Of a DNA stretch of 64,000 nt, positions 1-11,026 are shown piece after piece. Within the stretch, counting starts at the first letter, position 1. Every line of letters starts with the position of its first letter. The notes below the pieces were generated by a model. That model saw nothing but the letters and a program-made list of their open reading frames with translations, was not told the origin of the DNA and did not search any database. This DNA comes from an uncultured Actinomycetota bacterium (GTDB lineage Bacteria; Actinomycetota; Actinomycetes; Propionibacteriales; Nocardioidaceae): contig CAWCRX010000022.1 in NCBI GenBank assembly GCA_963798055.1, positions 345,201 through 409,200 on the forward strand, written 5' to 3'. Made by a program: the position numbers and the translations under genes.

Positions 1-1299
1 CCGGCCGAGGAGATCCGGCGGCTGGCCCGGGAGTTCGCGGCGGCCGACGGGGCCGCTGCCTACGGCCGGATCGGCGTCTCGACCCAGGGCTTCGGCACCA
101 TCTGCCAGTGGGCGATCCAGGTCCTCAACCTGGTCACGGGCAATCTCGACCACGAGGGCGGGACGATGTTCACAACTCCCGCCATCGACGCGGTCGGCAC
201 CGGGCTCATCGGTCGCGGTCACCACGGGGTCTGGAAGAGCCGCGTCCGTGGGTTCCCGGAATCCGGCGGCGAGCTGCCGGTCTCGGTGCTGCGCGAGGAG
301 ATCACCACGCCGGGCGACGGCCAGATCCGGGCCATGCTCACGTTGTCGGGCAACCCGGTGCTGTCCACTCCCGACGGCGCCCGCCTGGACGAGGCCCTGC
401 ACGGCCTGGACTTCATGGCGGCGGTCGACATCTACGTCAACGAGACCACCCGGCACGCCGACGTGATCCTGCCGCCCACCAGCGCCCTCGAGCGCGACCA
501 CTACGACCTGGTCTTCCACCTGCTGGCGGTGCGCAACACGGCGCGGTTCACCCCTGCGGTGTTCGCCAAGCCCAAGGGCGCGCGGCACGACTGGGAGATC
601 TACCGCGAGATCGCGCTGCGCACGTTGGCGCGGCTCGACCGCAAGCCGTCCTTGCGCACGCGCCTCAAGGTGCGGGCGCGGCTGTCGGTCAGCCCGACGC
701 TGGTCATCGCCGGGCTGCTGCGCCGCGGTCGGTCCGGTGTCACCCTGCGGCGGCTGCGCAAGGAGCCCGCCGGCGTCGACCTCGGACCACTGCAGCCCGG
801 CCAGCTCCCGGCCCGGCTGCCCGCGAAGAGCAAGCGGATCGACGCAGCGCCCGAGCTGGTCATCGACGACCTGGCCCGGCTACGCGCCGAGCCGGGGCCT
901 GACGCCGACGAGCTGCTGCTGATCGGCCGCCGACACAAGTCCGACTGCAACTCCTGGATGCACAACGCCGAACGGCTCACCCGCGGCAAGCCGCGGCACC
1001 AGCTGTTCATGCATCCCGACGACCTGGTTGCCCGCGGCATCGACGACGGCGCGACCGTCGCGGTGACCTCGCGGGTGGGCAAGGTGGAGGTCGACGTACT
1101 GGCAACCGACGACGTGATGCCGGGCGTGGTCTCGCTGCCCCACGGCTACGGGCACCAGGTCGGCGGCACCCGGATGACGAACGCCGAGACGGTCGTCGGG
1201 GTGTCGATCAACGACCTCACTGACCCCGAGCGGCTCGACGTGTCCGGCAACGCGGCGCTCAGCGGCGTGCCCGTGACCGTTTCCGGATCAGGTGCCTGA
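1..1299 (+). CDS. Molybdopterin-dependent oxidoreductase, C-terminal part (5' end lies outside the window)
   Basis: Frame is open from base 1 (PAEEIRRLAREFAAADGAAAYGRIG). Contains GNPVLSTPDG, DIYVNETTRHADVILP and a C-terminal molybdopterin-dinucleotide domain (NSWMHN, MHPDD, GVVSLPHGYG). Confidence 0.88.
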   Translation, partial: PAEEIRRLAREFAAADGAAAYGRIGVSTQGFGTICQWAIQVLNLVTGNLDHEGGTMFTTPAIDAVGTGLIGRGHHGVWKSRVRGFPESGGELPVSVLREEITTPGDGQIRAMLTLSGNPVLSTPDGARLDEALHGLDFMAAVDIYVNETTRHADVILPPTSALERDHYDLVFHLLAVRNTARFTPAVFAKPKGARHDWEIYREIALRTLARLDRKPSLRTRLKVRARLSVSPTLVIAGLLRRGRSGVTLRRLRKEPAGVDLGPLQPGQLPARLPAKSKRIDAAPELVIDDLARLRAEPGPDADELLLIGRRHKSDCNSWMHNAERLTRGKPRHQLFMHPDDLVARGIDDGATVAVTSRVGKVEVDVLATDDVMPGVVSLPHGYGHQVGGTRMTNAETVVGVSINDLTDPERLDVSGNAALSGVPVTVSGSGA

Positions 1300-1340
1300 A
1301 CCAGGGCAACCTTCTTCCCCCGCCGTGCGTCTTTACTTTC

Positions 1341-1877
1341 ATGAGGCTGTTCTTCGCTGCCCTGCTGTCCGCCCTGCTCGTCGCAACCGCGTCGCCGGCC
1401 ATGGCCGATCGGATCACCATCAACGACCCGGCCAACGACCACGTGCCGCCCGACGGCGGCAGCGACCTGGACGGCGCGGGAGACGTGATCAAGGTGCGCG
1501 TGGACCACGCGCCGAAGCGGGTGTACGTCGACACGGTGTTCCGCACCCAGCCCTACGACGTGCTCGAGGTCGAGATCGACACCCGCAAGGGTCGCCCCGG
1601 CGCCGAGTTCCTGCTCCTCAAGACGCCACACGGCCTCACCCTGTGGCGAGGCGGTTTCCTCGAAGATCGGGTCAAGTGCGCCGACAAGCGACTCCGGTAC
1701 CTGCCCAAGCAGCGCACCTGGGCGGCGCACGTCAATCGGGGCTGCCTGCGGTGGAAGAAGGGCAACACGCCCCGGCAGGTCCGGGTGCGGCTGCTCTCCG
1801 CGAGCGACGACTACTACTTCACGCGGGACTACGTGCCCGGCAAGCACCGGTTCTCGCGGTGGGTCCAGCACAACTGA
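1341..1877 (+). CDS. Secreted hypothetical protein
   Basis: Signal peptide MRLFFAALLSALLVATASPAMA; high-GC codon usage. Confidence 0.75.
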   Translation: MRLFFAALLSALLVATASPAMADRITINDPANDHVPPDGGSDLDGAGDVIKVRVDHAPKRVYVDTVFRTQPYDVLEVEIDTRKGRPGAEFLLLKTPHGLTLWRGGFLEDRVKCADKRLRYLPKQRTWAAHVNRGCLRWKKGNTPRQVRVRLLSASDDYYFTRDYVPGKHRFSRWVQHN

Positions 1878-1884
1878 TGGTCTG

Positions 1885-2882
1885 TCAGGTGCCCGGCGGC
1901 GCAGCGGCCCGCCGGAGCGCCCGGTAGACCACGCGAGCGCCGACGGCCCGGCGGAGCTCGTTCATGATCACCGTGAAGAACTCCTTGCGGTAGAGCTCGT
2001 CGGTGATCGCGTAGACGGTGAAGTAGAGGCCGGAGAACGCGGCGAGGAAGACCGAGACCTGCAGCAGCTCCTGGCTGACCGCGTCGATGCCGAAGACGTG
2101 GTCGATCGCTCGTCGGCCGGTCCAGGACTCGATCACCGCGTCCTCGATCGCGACCGCGCCGAACAGCATGAAGAACGCGAACACCGCCAGCGCCAGCAGC
2201 AGGACCTGGACCGCCTGGGCGATCACCAGGACGAGCACCAGGTTGACCATCTGCAGCCCGGTGACCTGGGCCTCCTCCGGGAGGTCGATGTCGTCGTCGA
2301 TCAGGCGCTGCGCCGGCGCCTCCAGCGGCGTGCCCTTGCTGGCCGCGATCAGGTCCGCGGAGACGATCGAGTCGTCGAAGGCGTCGAGCTCGTCGGCGAG
2401 CCGCGGGCACCAGGAACAGCACCGCCGCCGCGCCGAAGAACAGCACGGTGCCCCAGAGGATGCCGCCCTCGAGCGACGCCGAGACCTGCCAGACCTCGGC
2501 GTTGATGAACAGGAACGTGATGAACAGCAGCAGCATCGGCAGCGCCCGGGTGAGCAGCGGCATCAGCAGGCCCAGGCTGCGGAACGCGCGGCGCAGGGCC
2601 CAGCCCGCGATCACCTGAGCGCGCAGCGACTGGAGCGCGTAGAGGACGATCAGGCCCAGGCCCACGCTGAACGCCGTGGAGACCCCGAAGGAGGCCGCCG
2701 TCAGGCTGCCCACGACGATCCCGGCGGCGACTCCGACGACCACCGCCACGCGTGAGCACCGCCACGAGCCGGGGCCGGCTGAGCCGGGCGAGGACCTGCT
2801 CGCGGATGTCGTCGACGAAGTAGGGCAGCCCGTGGGCCACGAACCAGCGCTCCACCTCCTGGAGCTCGGCCGATGTCGCCAT
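1885..2882 (-). CDS. Integral membrane hypothetical protein (frameshifts near 2755 and 2410)
   Basis: MATSAELQEVERWFVAHGLPYF continues in other frames as RALPMLLLFITFLFINAEVWQV and FSGLYFTVYAITDELYRKEFF; multiple transmembrane segments. Confidence 0.7.
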
Positions 2883-2883
2883 C

Positions 2884-3819
2884 TCAGGCTCCCAGGATCT
2901 CTCGGGTTCGCGCCACGTCGCCGTGCATGGTCTCGATCAGGGCGTCCACGCCGTCGAACCGCACCATCCCGCGGAGCCGCTCGGCGAACGCGACCTCGAC
3001 CTCGACGCCGTACAGCTCCAGGTCGGTGTGGTCGAGCGCGTAGGCCTCGACCCGGCGCTCCCGGTGCCCGTCGAACGTCGGGTTCGTGCCGACGCTGATC
3101 GCGGCGGGGTACGACGTCCCGTCGTCGAGCCGCTTCAGCCAGCCGGCGTACACGCCGTCGGCGGGGACGGCGGCCTGCGGGTCGACCGGCACGTTCGCGG
3201 TGGGGAACCCGAGCTCGCGGCCGCGCCGGTCGCCCTCGACGACCACGCCGCGGACCGCGAAGAGATGGCCCAGGGCCTCGGCGGCGCCGGCGACATCGCC
3301 GGCCGCCAGGCAGGTGCGCACGTACGTCGACGACCAGACCTGGGGTCCGCCGTCGAGCTCGACGCCGACCGCCGTGAACCCGGCCTGCTCGCCGGCCCGC
3401 GTCAGCATCGCGACGTCGCCCGCCGCCCGGTGGCCGAACCGGAAGTTCGCGCCGACCACGACCTCGCGGGCGTGCAACGCCTCGACCAGGACCCGGTCCA
3501 CGAAGTGCTGGGGCGACCACCCGGCCATGTCCAGGTCGAACGGCAGCGCCAGCACGTGGTCGGCACCGGCCTCGACCAGGAGATCCGCCCGTCGCTCCAC
3601 CGGCGTGATGATCGACGGGGCGTGCTCGGGACGGAGCACCGCCATCGGGTGCGGGTCGAACGTGACCGCGACGACCGGCAGCCCGGCCCGGCCCGCCTCC
3701 TCGCGCGCCCGGGCGATGACGCTGCGGTGGCCGCGGTGCACGCCGTCGAAGTTGCCGACGGTCACGATCGTCGGGCCGAGGTCGTCGGGTACCTCTTCGA
3801 ACGAGCGCCACAGAGCCAC
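2884..3819 (-). CDS. ribF: Bifunctional riboflavin kinase/FAD synthetase
   Basis: GNFDGVHRGH, GRELGFPTAN and SVGTNPTF motifs; near truB. Confidence 0.96.
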   Translation of the reverse strand: MALWRSFEEVPDDLGPTIVTVGNFDGVHRGHRSVIARAREEAGRAGLPVVAVTFDPHPMAVLRPEHAPSIITPVERRADLLVEAGADHVLALPFDLDMAGWSPQHFVDRVLVEALHAREVVVGANFRFGHRAAGDVAMLTRAGEQAGFTAVGVELDGGPQVWSSTYVRTCLAAGDVAGAAEALGHLFAVRGVVVEGDRRGRELGFPTANVPVDPQAAVPADGVYAGWLKRLDDGTSYPAAISVGTNPTFDGHRERRVEAYALDHTDLELYGVEVEVAFAERLRGMVRFDGVDALIETMHGDVARTREILGA

Positions 3820-3846
3820 GGCGAGCAGACTACTGACCTGCCGGGT

Positions 3847-4962
3847 TCACTCCGCGTCGACCAGCCGCTCGCCCACCAGTTCGGTGAGCGACGGACGGAG
3901 CCGGTCGAGGTTCCACCCACCCGCCGCGCTGCGGTAGTGGTTGGTGACCCAGAAGAGGCCGGCTCCGCTCTCCGGCAGGCGGGCGAGCTCGGCATAGGCC
4001 CAGCCGTTGCCGCCGTTGTGCCAGTTCACCTTGCCGAGCGGCGTATCGGCGATCACCCAGCCGTAGGCGTAGCGGGTGCCCCCGCCCGGCTCCTCCAGCA
4101 CCCGCGGCCGGAACAGCTCCTCCTTCGCGCGCTCGTCCAGCACGCGATCGCTCTCGAGGGCCAGCAGCCACCGGCCCATGTCGTGGGCGGTGGAGAGCAA
4201 ACCGCCGTTGCCGCGGAGGTTCCAGTACGGCCCGTCCGCGGCCCACGGATGGTCGTACGGGCGGCCCTGCGGACGGTCCTTGGCGTCGTACTCGACGGCG
4301 ACGTCGCGCGGGTCCCAGTCGGGCAGCACGTAGCCGGTCTGCGTCATGCCGGCGGGTGCGAACAGCTCCTGCGCCAGGTAGTCCTCGTACCCCAGACCGG
4401 AGACCTTCTCGATGATCGCGGCCAGCAGGCTGTAGCCGAGGTTCGAGTAGTGGTAGCGGGCGCCGGGCTGGGTCCTCAGCTCGGAAGCCAGCGCCTCGGT
4501 GATCATGGCCCGCCGGGTCAACGGGTCGTAGTCGTCGCCGAGCGCGTCCACGAGGCCCGCGGTGTGGGTGAGCAGGTGCCGAACGGTGATCCCGCGCTTG
4601 TCGACCGGTACGCCGTCGAAGAACCGGTCGATCGGGTCGGTCACCCGCAGCCGGCCCTGCATCTGCAGCTTGACGACGGCGGCCGCGGTGAACTGCTTGC
4701 TCACCGAACCGATGTCGTAGACCGTGTCGCAACCGCCCTGACCCCAGCCCTGGCAGGTCACCTGCTCGCCGTCGAGCGTCGCGACCAGGCTCCCGCTCGA
4801 CCCATCGGGTACGTCGGCGGGCTTGAACACCTCGATGGAGTCCGCGGCCGGCTTCTCCGGCGGCTCCGTCTCGTCGGCGTCGCACCCCGACCCGAGCAAC
4901 ACGAGCGCGACCAACGCAGCGGCTGCGCGGGTCAGCCGTCGGCGGCGCAGTCGCCCACGCAT
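3847..4962 (-). CDS. Serine hydrolase, beta-lactamase-like, probable lipoprotein
   Basis: SxxK (GSVSKQF), LLTHTAGL, YSNLGY and HNGG motifs; lipobox-like LGSGC; start approximate. Confidence 0.85.
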   Translation of the reverse strand: MRGRLRRRRLTRAAAALVALVLLGSGCDADETEPPEKPAADSIEVFKPADVPDGSSGSLVATLDGEQVTCQGWGQGGCDTVYDIGSVSKQFTAAAVVKLQMQGRLRVTDPIDRFFDGVPVDKRGITVRHLLTHTAGLVDALGDDYDPLTRRAMITEALASELRTQPGARYHYSNLGYSLLAAIIEKVSGLGYEDYLAQELFAPAGMTQTGYVLPDWDPRDVAVEYDAKDRPQGRPYDHPWAADGPYWNLRGNGGLLSTAHDMGRWLLALESDRVLDERAKEELFRPRVLEEPGGGTRYAYGWVIADTPLGKVNWHNGGNGWAYAELARLPESGAGLFWVTNHYRSAAGGWNLDRLRPSLTELVGERLVDAE

Positions 4963-5246
4963 GAGTACTGCTCCTCCTCGACCTGCAGCGGCTCGGCGGC
5001 CGCGCTCCACGTCAGCACGACGAGCACCGAGCCGATCGCCGCGCTCACGGCGATCGCGATCTTCCGGGCCGGACTGCGGCGGCGACGCCGCTCGGCCAGT
5101 CCGCCGCGGAGCAGACCGAACGCCTCGCGCCGGGCGCCGTGGGTGTCGGCCAGCTCGTGGGCCAGGTCGAGAAGGTGGTCCCCGTCGCGCTGGCGGACCT
5201 GCCGCGGGTAGGCGAGCAGCGACAGCTCGAGGATCCGGCGGCTCAT
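4932..5246 (-). CDS. Small membrane protein typical of PadR-associated partners
   Basis: MSRRILELSLLAYPRQVRQRDG; one C-terminal transmembrane helix; ATGA overlap with the padR stop. Confidence 0.65.
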   Translation of the reverse strand: MSRRILELSLLAYPRQVRQRDGDHLLDLAHELADTHGARREAFGLLRGGLAERRRRRSPARKIAIAVSAAIGSVLVVLTWSAAAEPLQVEEEQYSCVGDCAADG

Positions 5247-5570
5247 GCCAGCCCCGGTGCGGTGCGGGTGGAGGCCAGGCGCGCTCCGAGGACCTCGGCG
5301 GTCGACCGCAGTCGCTCGACTTCCTCGGCGAGCGCGGTCTGCGCCGGCGGCGGTCAGCCGGTAGTAGCGCCGGCGGCGGCCCTGGACCTGCTGCTCGCCC
5401 GCCGGCTCGACCAGGCCGTCGTCGGTCAGCCGGTTCAGCGCGCCGTACAGAGTGCCGGCGGTCAGCCGGACCCGGCCGTCGGACAGCTCCTCGGCATCGC
5501 GGGCGATGCCATAGCCATGACACTCGGCGCGCGCCAGGGCGGCCAGGATGTAGAGGGCCTGCTCGGTCAT
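5243..5570 (-). CDS. PadR family transcriptional regulator (frameshift near 5342)
   Basis: ILAALA..HGYGI..GTLYGALNRL..RRYYRLT; the C-terminus QTALAEEVERLR is in another frame. Confidence 0.85.
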
Positions 5571-5579
5571 GCGGCGACT

Positions 5580-5600
5580 ATACATCGTCTCCCGATGCAT
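5580..5600. promoter_or_regulatory. Inverted repeat, candidate PadR operator
   Basis: ATACATCG-N5-CGATGCAT immediately upstream of the padR start. Confidence 0.5.
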
Positions 5601-5614
5601 CAACAGTCGATCCG

Positions 5615-6469
5615 TCAGACGAAGACCGCCACCGCCCGCGCCTCGCCGTCGCGCGGCTCGTACAACGCGAGGAACTCCCCGTCCGGCGCGAACACCGCGG
5701 CCAGGCCCGGCAACGGGCGGCGCAGCGCCCGACCGAAGCGCACGTCGCGCGCCTCTTCCTCGTCGAGGTCGACCGCATCGAACGACCGGCGCGCGGCCTC
5801 CGCGATCGGCAGCATCACGAACTCGTCGGACAGCTGGTCGAGCGTGCGAGCCGCGTCCAGGCCGAACTCCCCCACCGCCGTACGACGCAGCGCGGTGAGG
5901 TGGCCCCCGACGCCGAGCAGCGCTCCGGCGTCGCGGGCGATGGCGCGGATGTAGGTGCCGCTGGAGCAGCGCACGGACACCCGTACGTCGGGCCCGGAGA
6001 CGTCGTGCACGGTGAGGTCGTGGATCGTCACCCGGCGCGGCTCGAGCTCGACCTGCTCGCCGTCGCGCACCCGCTGGTAGGCGCGCCGGCCGTCCACCTT
6101 GATCGCCGACACCGCGGTCGGGACCTGCTCGATCTCGCCGACGAAGCCCGCCAGCGCGTCCCGGATCGCCGCCTCGTCGAGGCCGTCGGTCGGCGCGGTC
6201 GCCAGCACCTCGCCCTCGGCGTCATCGGTCGTCGTGGCGACGCCGAGCCGGATGGTGGCGTCGTACGCCTTCTCGGTGAGCATCAGGTGCCCGAGCAGCC
6301 GGGTGGCCCGGTTGATGCCGAGCACCAGCACCCCGGTCGCCATCGGGTCGAGGGTGCCGGCGTGGCCGACCTTGCGGGTGCCGGCCAGGCGCCGTACCCG
6401 CGCGACGACGTCGTGCGAGGTCATCCCGCCCGGCTTGTCGACGACAACCAGGCCGGACTCCGCCGTCAC
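5615..6469 (-). CDS. truB: tRNA pseudouridine(55) synthase
   Basis: [16 protein letters not shown] and CSSGTYIRA motifs. Confidence 0.97.
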   Translation of the reverse strand: MTAESGLVVVDKPGGMTSHDVVARVRRLAGTRKVGHAGTLDPMATGVLVLGINRATRLLGHLMLTEKAYDATIRLGVATTTDDAEGEVLATAPTDGLDEAAIRDALAGFVGEIEQVPTAVSAIKVDGRRAYQRVRDGEQVELEPRRVTIHDLTVHDVSGPDVRVSVRCSSGTYIRAIARDAGALLGVGGHLTALRRTAVGEFGLDAARTLDQLSDEFVMLPIAEAARRSFDAVDLDEEEARDVRFGRALRRPLPGLAAVFAPDGEFLALYEPRDGEARAVAVFV

Positions 6470-6915
6470 AGGTCCTCTGCAGCCTCGTCGGCGTCGACGT
6501 CGCGCGGCTTCTTGTACGGGTCGTCCTCGCCGGCGTACGACGCGTTGGCCCGGGCCGCCGCGACCGCCTCGTCGGACTCCCGCGCCTTGGCCAGCAGGTC
6601 GTCGAGGTGCCGGGCGTTCTCGGGCAGCGCGTCGTGGACGAACGTCAGCGAGGGAACGTGTCGCATGCCCAGCTGCTTGCCGACCTCCGAGCGCAACACG
6701 CCCTTCGCCGACTCGAGCGCGGCGGCCGAGCTGACGACGTCGGCCTCCTCACCGAGCACGGTGTAGAAGATCGTCGCCTGCTGGCTGTCGCCGGTGAGCC
6801 GGACGTCGGTGACGGTGACGAAGCCGAGCCGCGGATCCTTGATCCGCCGCTCCAGCATCTCCGCCACGATCACCTGGATCCGGTCCGCGATCTTGCGCAC
6901 GCGTGGGCTGGTCAT
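6466..6915 (-). CDS. rbfA: Ribosome-binding factor A
   Basis: [18 protein letters not shown]; lies between infB and truB. Confidence 0.96.
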   Translation of the reverse strand: MTSPRVRKIADRIQVIVAEMLERRIKDPRLGFVTVTDVRLTGDSQQATIFYTVLGEEADVVSSAAALESAKGVLRSEVGKQLGMRHVPSLTFVHDALPENARHLDDLLAKARESDEAVAAARANASYAGEDDPYKKPRDVDADEAAEDL

Positions 6916-6940
6916 GTTCCTAGTCTCTCTCGCACTGTCA

Positions 6941-6975
6941 CGCTGACCCGTCACGAAGTTTGCGACGGGTCAGCG
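6941..6975. terminator. Stem-loop between infB and rbfA
   Basis: CGCTGACCCGTCAC...GCGACGGGTCAGCG inverted repeat; no clear U-tract. Confidence 0.45.
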
Positions 6976-6983
6976 TTGGGGTG

Positions 6984-9702
6984 TCAGGCGCGCGGGATCT
7001 CGCGCATCTCGAAGGCCTCCACGACATCGCCTTCCTTGACGTCCTGGAAGTTCTTCAGCACCAGACCGCACTCGAAGCCCTCGCGGACCTCGGAGGCGTC
7101 GTCCTTCTCCCGCTTCAGGGAGGCGAGGTCGAGGTTGTCGGCCACGACCGCGCCGTCGCGGATCACCCGCACCTTGGCGTTGCGGCGGATCAGGCCACTG
7201 GTGACCATGCAGCCCGCGATGTTGCCGATCTTCGACGAGCGGAAGATCGCGCGGATCTCCGCCTGGCCGAGGGTCGACTCCTCGAACTCGGGCTTGAGCA
7301 TGCCCTTCAGGGCGGCCTCGATCTCGTCGATCGCCTGGTAGATGACCGAGTAGTAGCGGATCTCGACACCTTCCTTGTCCGCCAGCTCGGTCGCCTTGCC
7401 CTGCGGCCGGACGTTGAAGCCGATGATGATCGCGTCGGAGGCCGCGGCCAGGTCGACGTTGGTCTCGGTGATCGCACCGACACCGCGGTCGATGACCCGG
7501 ATCCCGACCTCTTCGCCGACGTCGAGCTGGGACAGAGCGTCCTCGAGCGCCTCGACCGAACCGGACACGTCGCCCTTCAGGATCAGGTTGAGCTCCTGGC
7601 TCTCGCCCTTCTCCATGGACGCCATGAAGTCCTCGAGGGTGCGACGCACGCGGCGCTTGGCCTGCATGGCCGCGCGCTCCCGTGCCTCACGCTTCTCGGC
7701 GATCTGGCGGGCCATCCGGTCGTCGTCGACGACCAGGAAGTTCTGGCCCGCACCCGGCACCGCGGTCAGACCGAGCACCATCGCGGGACGCGAGGGGTCG
7801 GCCTGCTCGATGTTCTCGCCGTGCTCGTCGAGCATCGCCCGGACCCGGCCGTATGCCGGACCGGCGACCAGCGAGTCGCCCACGCGCAGCGTGCCGCGCT
7901 GGACCAGCACCGTGGCCACCGGACCGCGGCCGCGGTCGAGGTGACCCTCGATCACGAGGCCCTGGGCGTCCTGGGTCGGGTTGGCCCGGAGGTCCAGGGA
8001 CGCGTCGGCGGTGAGCACGATCGCCTCGAGCAGCTTGTCGAGGTTGAGCTCGGACTTGGCCGAGACGTCGACGAACATCGAGTCGCCGCCGTACTCCTCG
8101 GGCACCAGGCCGTACTCGGTCAGCTGACCGCGCACCTTGGTCGGGTCGGCCTCGGGCTTGTCGATCTTGTTGACCGCGACCACGATCGGAACCCCAGCGG
8201 CCTTGGCGTGGTTGAGCGCCTCGATCGTCTGCGGCATCACGCCGTCATCGGCCGCCACCACGAGCACCGCGATGTCCGTGGCCTGCGCACCGCGAGCACG
8301 CATGGACGTGAACGCCTCGTGACCCGGGGTGTCGATGAACGTGATCCGGCGCTCGTTGCCGTCGACGTCGGTGTGCACCTGGTAGGCACCGATGTGCTGG
8401 GTGATCCCACCGGCCTCCTTGTCGACGACGTCCGCCTGGCGGAGCGCGTCGAGGAGCTTGGTCTTTCCGTGGTCGACGTGACCCATGACGGTGACGACCG
8501 GCGGCCGGACGACCAGGTCGTCCTCGCTGCCCTCGTCCTCGCCGAACTCGAGGTCGAACGTCTCGAGCAGCTCGCGGTCCTCGTCCTCGGGCGAGACGAC
8601 CTCGACGACGTAGTTGAGCTCCTCGCCGAGCAGCTCGAGCGTCGCGTCGTTGACCGACTCGGTCGCGGTGACCATCTCGCCGAGGTGGAACAGCATCTGC
8701 ACCAGCGAGGCGGCGTCGACGCCGATCTTGTCGGCGAAGTCGGTCAGGGACGCGCCACGGGCCAGGCGAACGGTCTCGCCGCTGCCCTTGCGGACCCGCA
8801 TGCCGCCGATGGTCGGGGCCTCCATGGCCTCGAACTCCTGGCGACGCGCCCGCTTCGACTTGCGGCCTCGACGCGACGGACCACCCGGACGCCCGAAGGC
8901 GCCCTGGGTCTGGCCGCGCTGGCCGGGACGTGGCCGCCCGGGACGACCACCGCTGCGGGGCGGGGCGAACCCGCCACCGCCTGCGGGGGCGCCGCGACCG
9001 GGTGCGCCACCGCCACCGGGGCCACCACGACCCGGAGGGCCACCGCGGCCGGCGCCGGGGCCACCGGGCACCACCGGGGCCACCGCGACCCGGAGGTCCA
9101 CCGCGACCGCCGGGTCCGCCACCGAAGGCAGCAGGAGACTTGGGCATCATCGCCGGGTTGGGGCGAGGCATGCCGTCACGAGCGGGCGGACGCGGCGGAC
9201 GCTGGTCATCGTCCTCGCCGTCGCGGGCGGGCGGGGCGGCGGGCTTGCGGCCCATGCCCTGGCTGGACGAGAACGGGTTGTTGCCGGGGCGCGGCGTGCC
9301 TCCGGGGCGACCGACGGGTCGCGGCGCCGGCGAGGGCGCCTTGGGCGCGGCCGTCTCGGCCGCGGGGGGCTCTTCGGCGGCGGGAGGCTCCTCGGCCGCG
9401 GCCGGCTCCTCGATGACCGGCTCGGGCTCCGGCTCGGGCTCGGCCTTCTTGGCCGGCGGCTTGGGGGCGGCCTTCTTGGCGGGCTTCGCCTCTTCGGCGG
9501 GCGCCTCTGCCTTGGCGGGCGCGGCGGGCTCGGCGACCTTCAGCTTGTCGCCGAACTCCTTCTTGAATCGCATCTCGACGGGGAGCTCGATCGTCGAACT
9601 AGCCGACTTGACGAACTCGCCCATCTCCTTGAGCTTCTCGAGAACTTCCTTGCTCTCGATGCCGTACTGCTTGGCAAGCTCGTGAACTCGGGTCTTAGCC
9701 AC
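6984..9702 (-). CDS. infB: Translation initiation factor IF-2 (frameshift near 9075 in the Gly/Pro-rich linker)
   Basis: N-terminus [10 protein letters not shown]; [16 protein letters not shown] and NKID G-domain motifs; GTG start with AGGAG SD. Confidence 0.97.
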
Positions 9703-9741
9703 GTTTCTCCTTTTGGCCTGAGACCCGGGTTCCGGGTGACG

Positions 9742-9814
9742 TCAGACCGTTGGTTGGGTTCCCAAACTTCGGGGGTCCTGCAAACTCATTGCGAGTTACT
9801 CATCGAGTGCTCAT
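9742..9814 (-). other. Chain of three overlapping mini-ORFs (MSTR*, MSNSQ*, MSLQDPRSLGTQPTV*) upstream of infB
   Basis: GGAG-N9-ATGAGCACTCGATGAGTAACTCGCAATGAGTTTG...GTCTGA; each stop overlaps the next start as ATGA. Confidence 0.55.
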
Positions 9815-9847
9815 GAGCTGCTGCTCCAGTTCCTTGGTCGGTCACTG

Positions 9848-10180
9848 CTACTTCTGATTGAGGTGCGAGTCGAGCCACTCTCCCACCGGTGCGGTGGAAA
9901 GCCCCCCGGCCCCCGGCTGGTGCCGGAGCGCACGGGCGAAAGCCTTCCGCCGTACCGCGAGGTCGTAGCACTCGGCGGTGGGGTGCAGGTGTGCTCCCCG
10001 GCCGGGCGCGGTGCCGTCGGGATCGGGTACGACGGCCGACTGGCCGTGCGCGTCCGAGCCGGCGGTCACCCGCAACAACTCACGCTTGCTGGCCCGCTGC
10101 CGACATCCGATGCAGGTCCGGACCGGATCTCCAGAGGAGATACGACCCGGGCTCGCCCGGTTGTTCGGTTCGCGCGCCAC
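9848..10180 (-). CDS. ylxR: YlxR (DUF448) RNA-binding protein
   Basis: PVRTCIGCR..ELLRV..PGRGAHLH; upstream of infB. Confidence 0.92.
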   Translation of the reverse strand: MAREPNNRASPGRISSGDPVRTCIGCRQRASKRELLRVTAGSDAHGQSAVVPDPDGTAPGRGAHLHPTAECYDLAVRRKAFARALRHQPGAGGLSTAPVGEWLDSHLNQK

Positions 10181-10249
10181 CGAGGGTCAACACTACCGCT
10201 AGACCCCGCCTGATTCCGAAACCGGCCTCGCGCGGCCTACGCTCGCGCC

Positions 10250-11026
10250 ATGGGCGACACGGTCCTTCTCGATGACCGGTTCGAGGGTTCAACACTCGAC
10301 GAGACGAAATGGTTCCCGCACTACCTGCCCGCCTGGTCGTCCCGGTCGGCGACCCGGCCGTCGTACCGATGCGGGCCGGGCGGACTCACGATGGACGTCC
10401 CCGTCGACCACCCGTTGTGGTGCCCGGAGGACCACCATCCACCGCTGCGCGTCTCGGGAATCCAGTCGGGCAGCTGGTCCGGCCCGGTGGGCAGCACCCG
10501 AGGCCAGCAGCGCTTCCGCGAGGGCCAGGTGGTCCGTGAGGAGCAGCCGTGGTTCGACGGCTGCCTCGTCGCCGGCGGGACCGTCGCGATCGAGGCGTCG
10601 ATGAGCATCTCTCCGCGCTCGATGGCTGCGCTGTGGCTCAGCGGGTTCGAGGACGACGCGGACCAGCTGCAGTGCGGCGAGCTCTGCGTCTTCGAGGTGT
10701 TCGGCAACGCGCTCGGCCCGGCCGATGCGCCCTCCGCGGAGGTCGGCGTCGGGATCAAGGCCTTCCGCGATCCCGCGCTCACCCAGGACTTCGCCGCACC
10801 CCGAGTCCCGATCGACGTCACCGAGACCCACACCTACGCCGTCGAGTGGGACGCCGCGGAGGCCGTCTTCACCGTCGACGGCTCCGAGGTACGCCGCTGC
10901 CCGCACCCGCCGACGTACCCGATGCAGCTGATGCTCGCGGTCTTCGACTTCCCCGAGTGGTCGGTCGGCGACGACGACCACCTGGTGCCGGAGCTCACCG
11001 TTCGCCGCGTGACGGTGACCTCATGA
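10250..11026 (+). CDS. Glycoside hydrolase family 16-like protein
   Basis: LDDRFEG..WFPHYLPAWS, GELCVFEVFG (ExDxxE-like) and HTYAVEW. Confidence 0.75.
   Translation: MGDTVLLDDRFEGSTLDETKWFPHYLPAWSSRSATRPSYRCGPGGLTMDVPVDHPLWCPEDHHPPLRVSGIQSGSWSGPVGSTRGQQRFREGQVVREEQPWFDGCLVAGGTVAIEASMSISPRSMAALWLSGFEDDADQLQCGELCVFEVFGNALGPADAPSAEVGVGIKAFRDPALTQDFAAPRVPIDVTETHTYAVEWDAAEAVFTVDGSEVRRCPHPPTYPMQLMLAVFDFPEWSVGDDDHLVPELTVRRVTVTS

Noticed and set aside
4932-5603. Apparent PadR-membrane protein fusion
   Set aside because: One extra base near 5342 explains it; the proper PadR C-terminus and an ATGA overlap exist in another frame.
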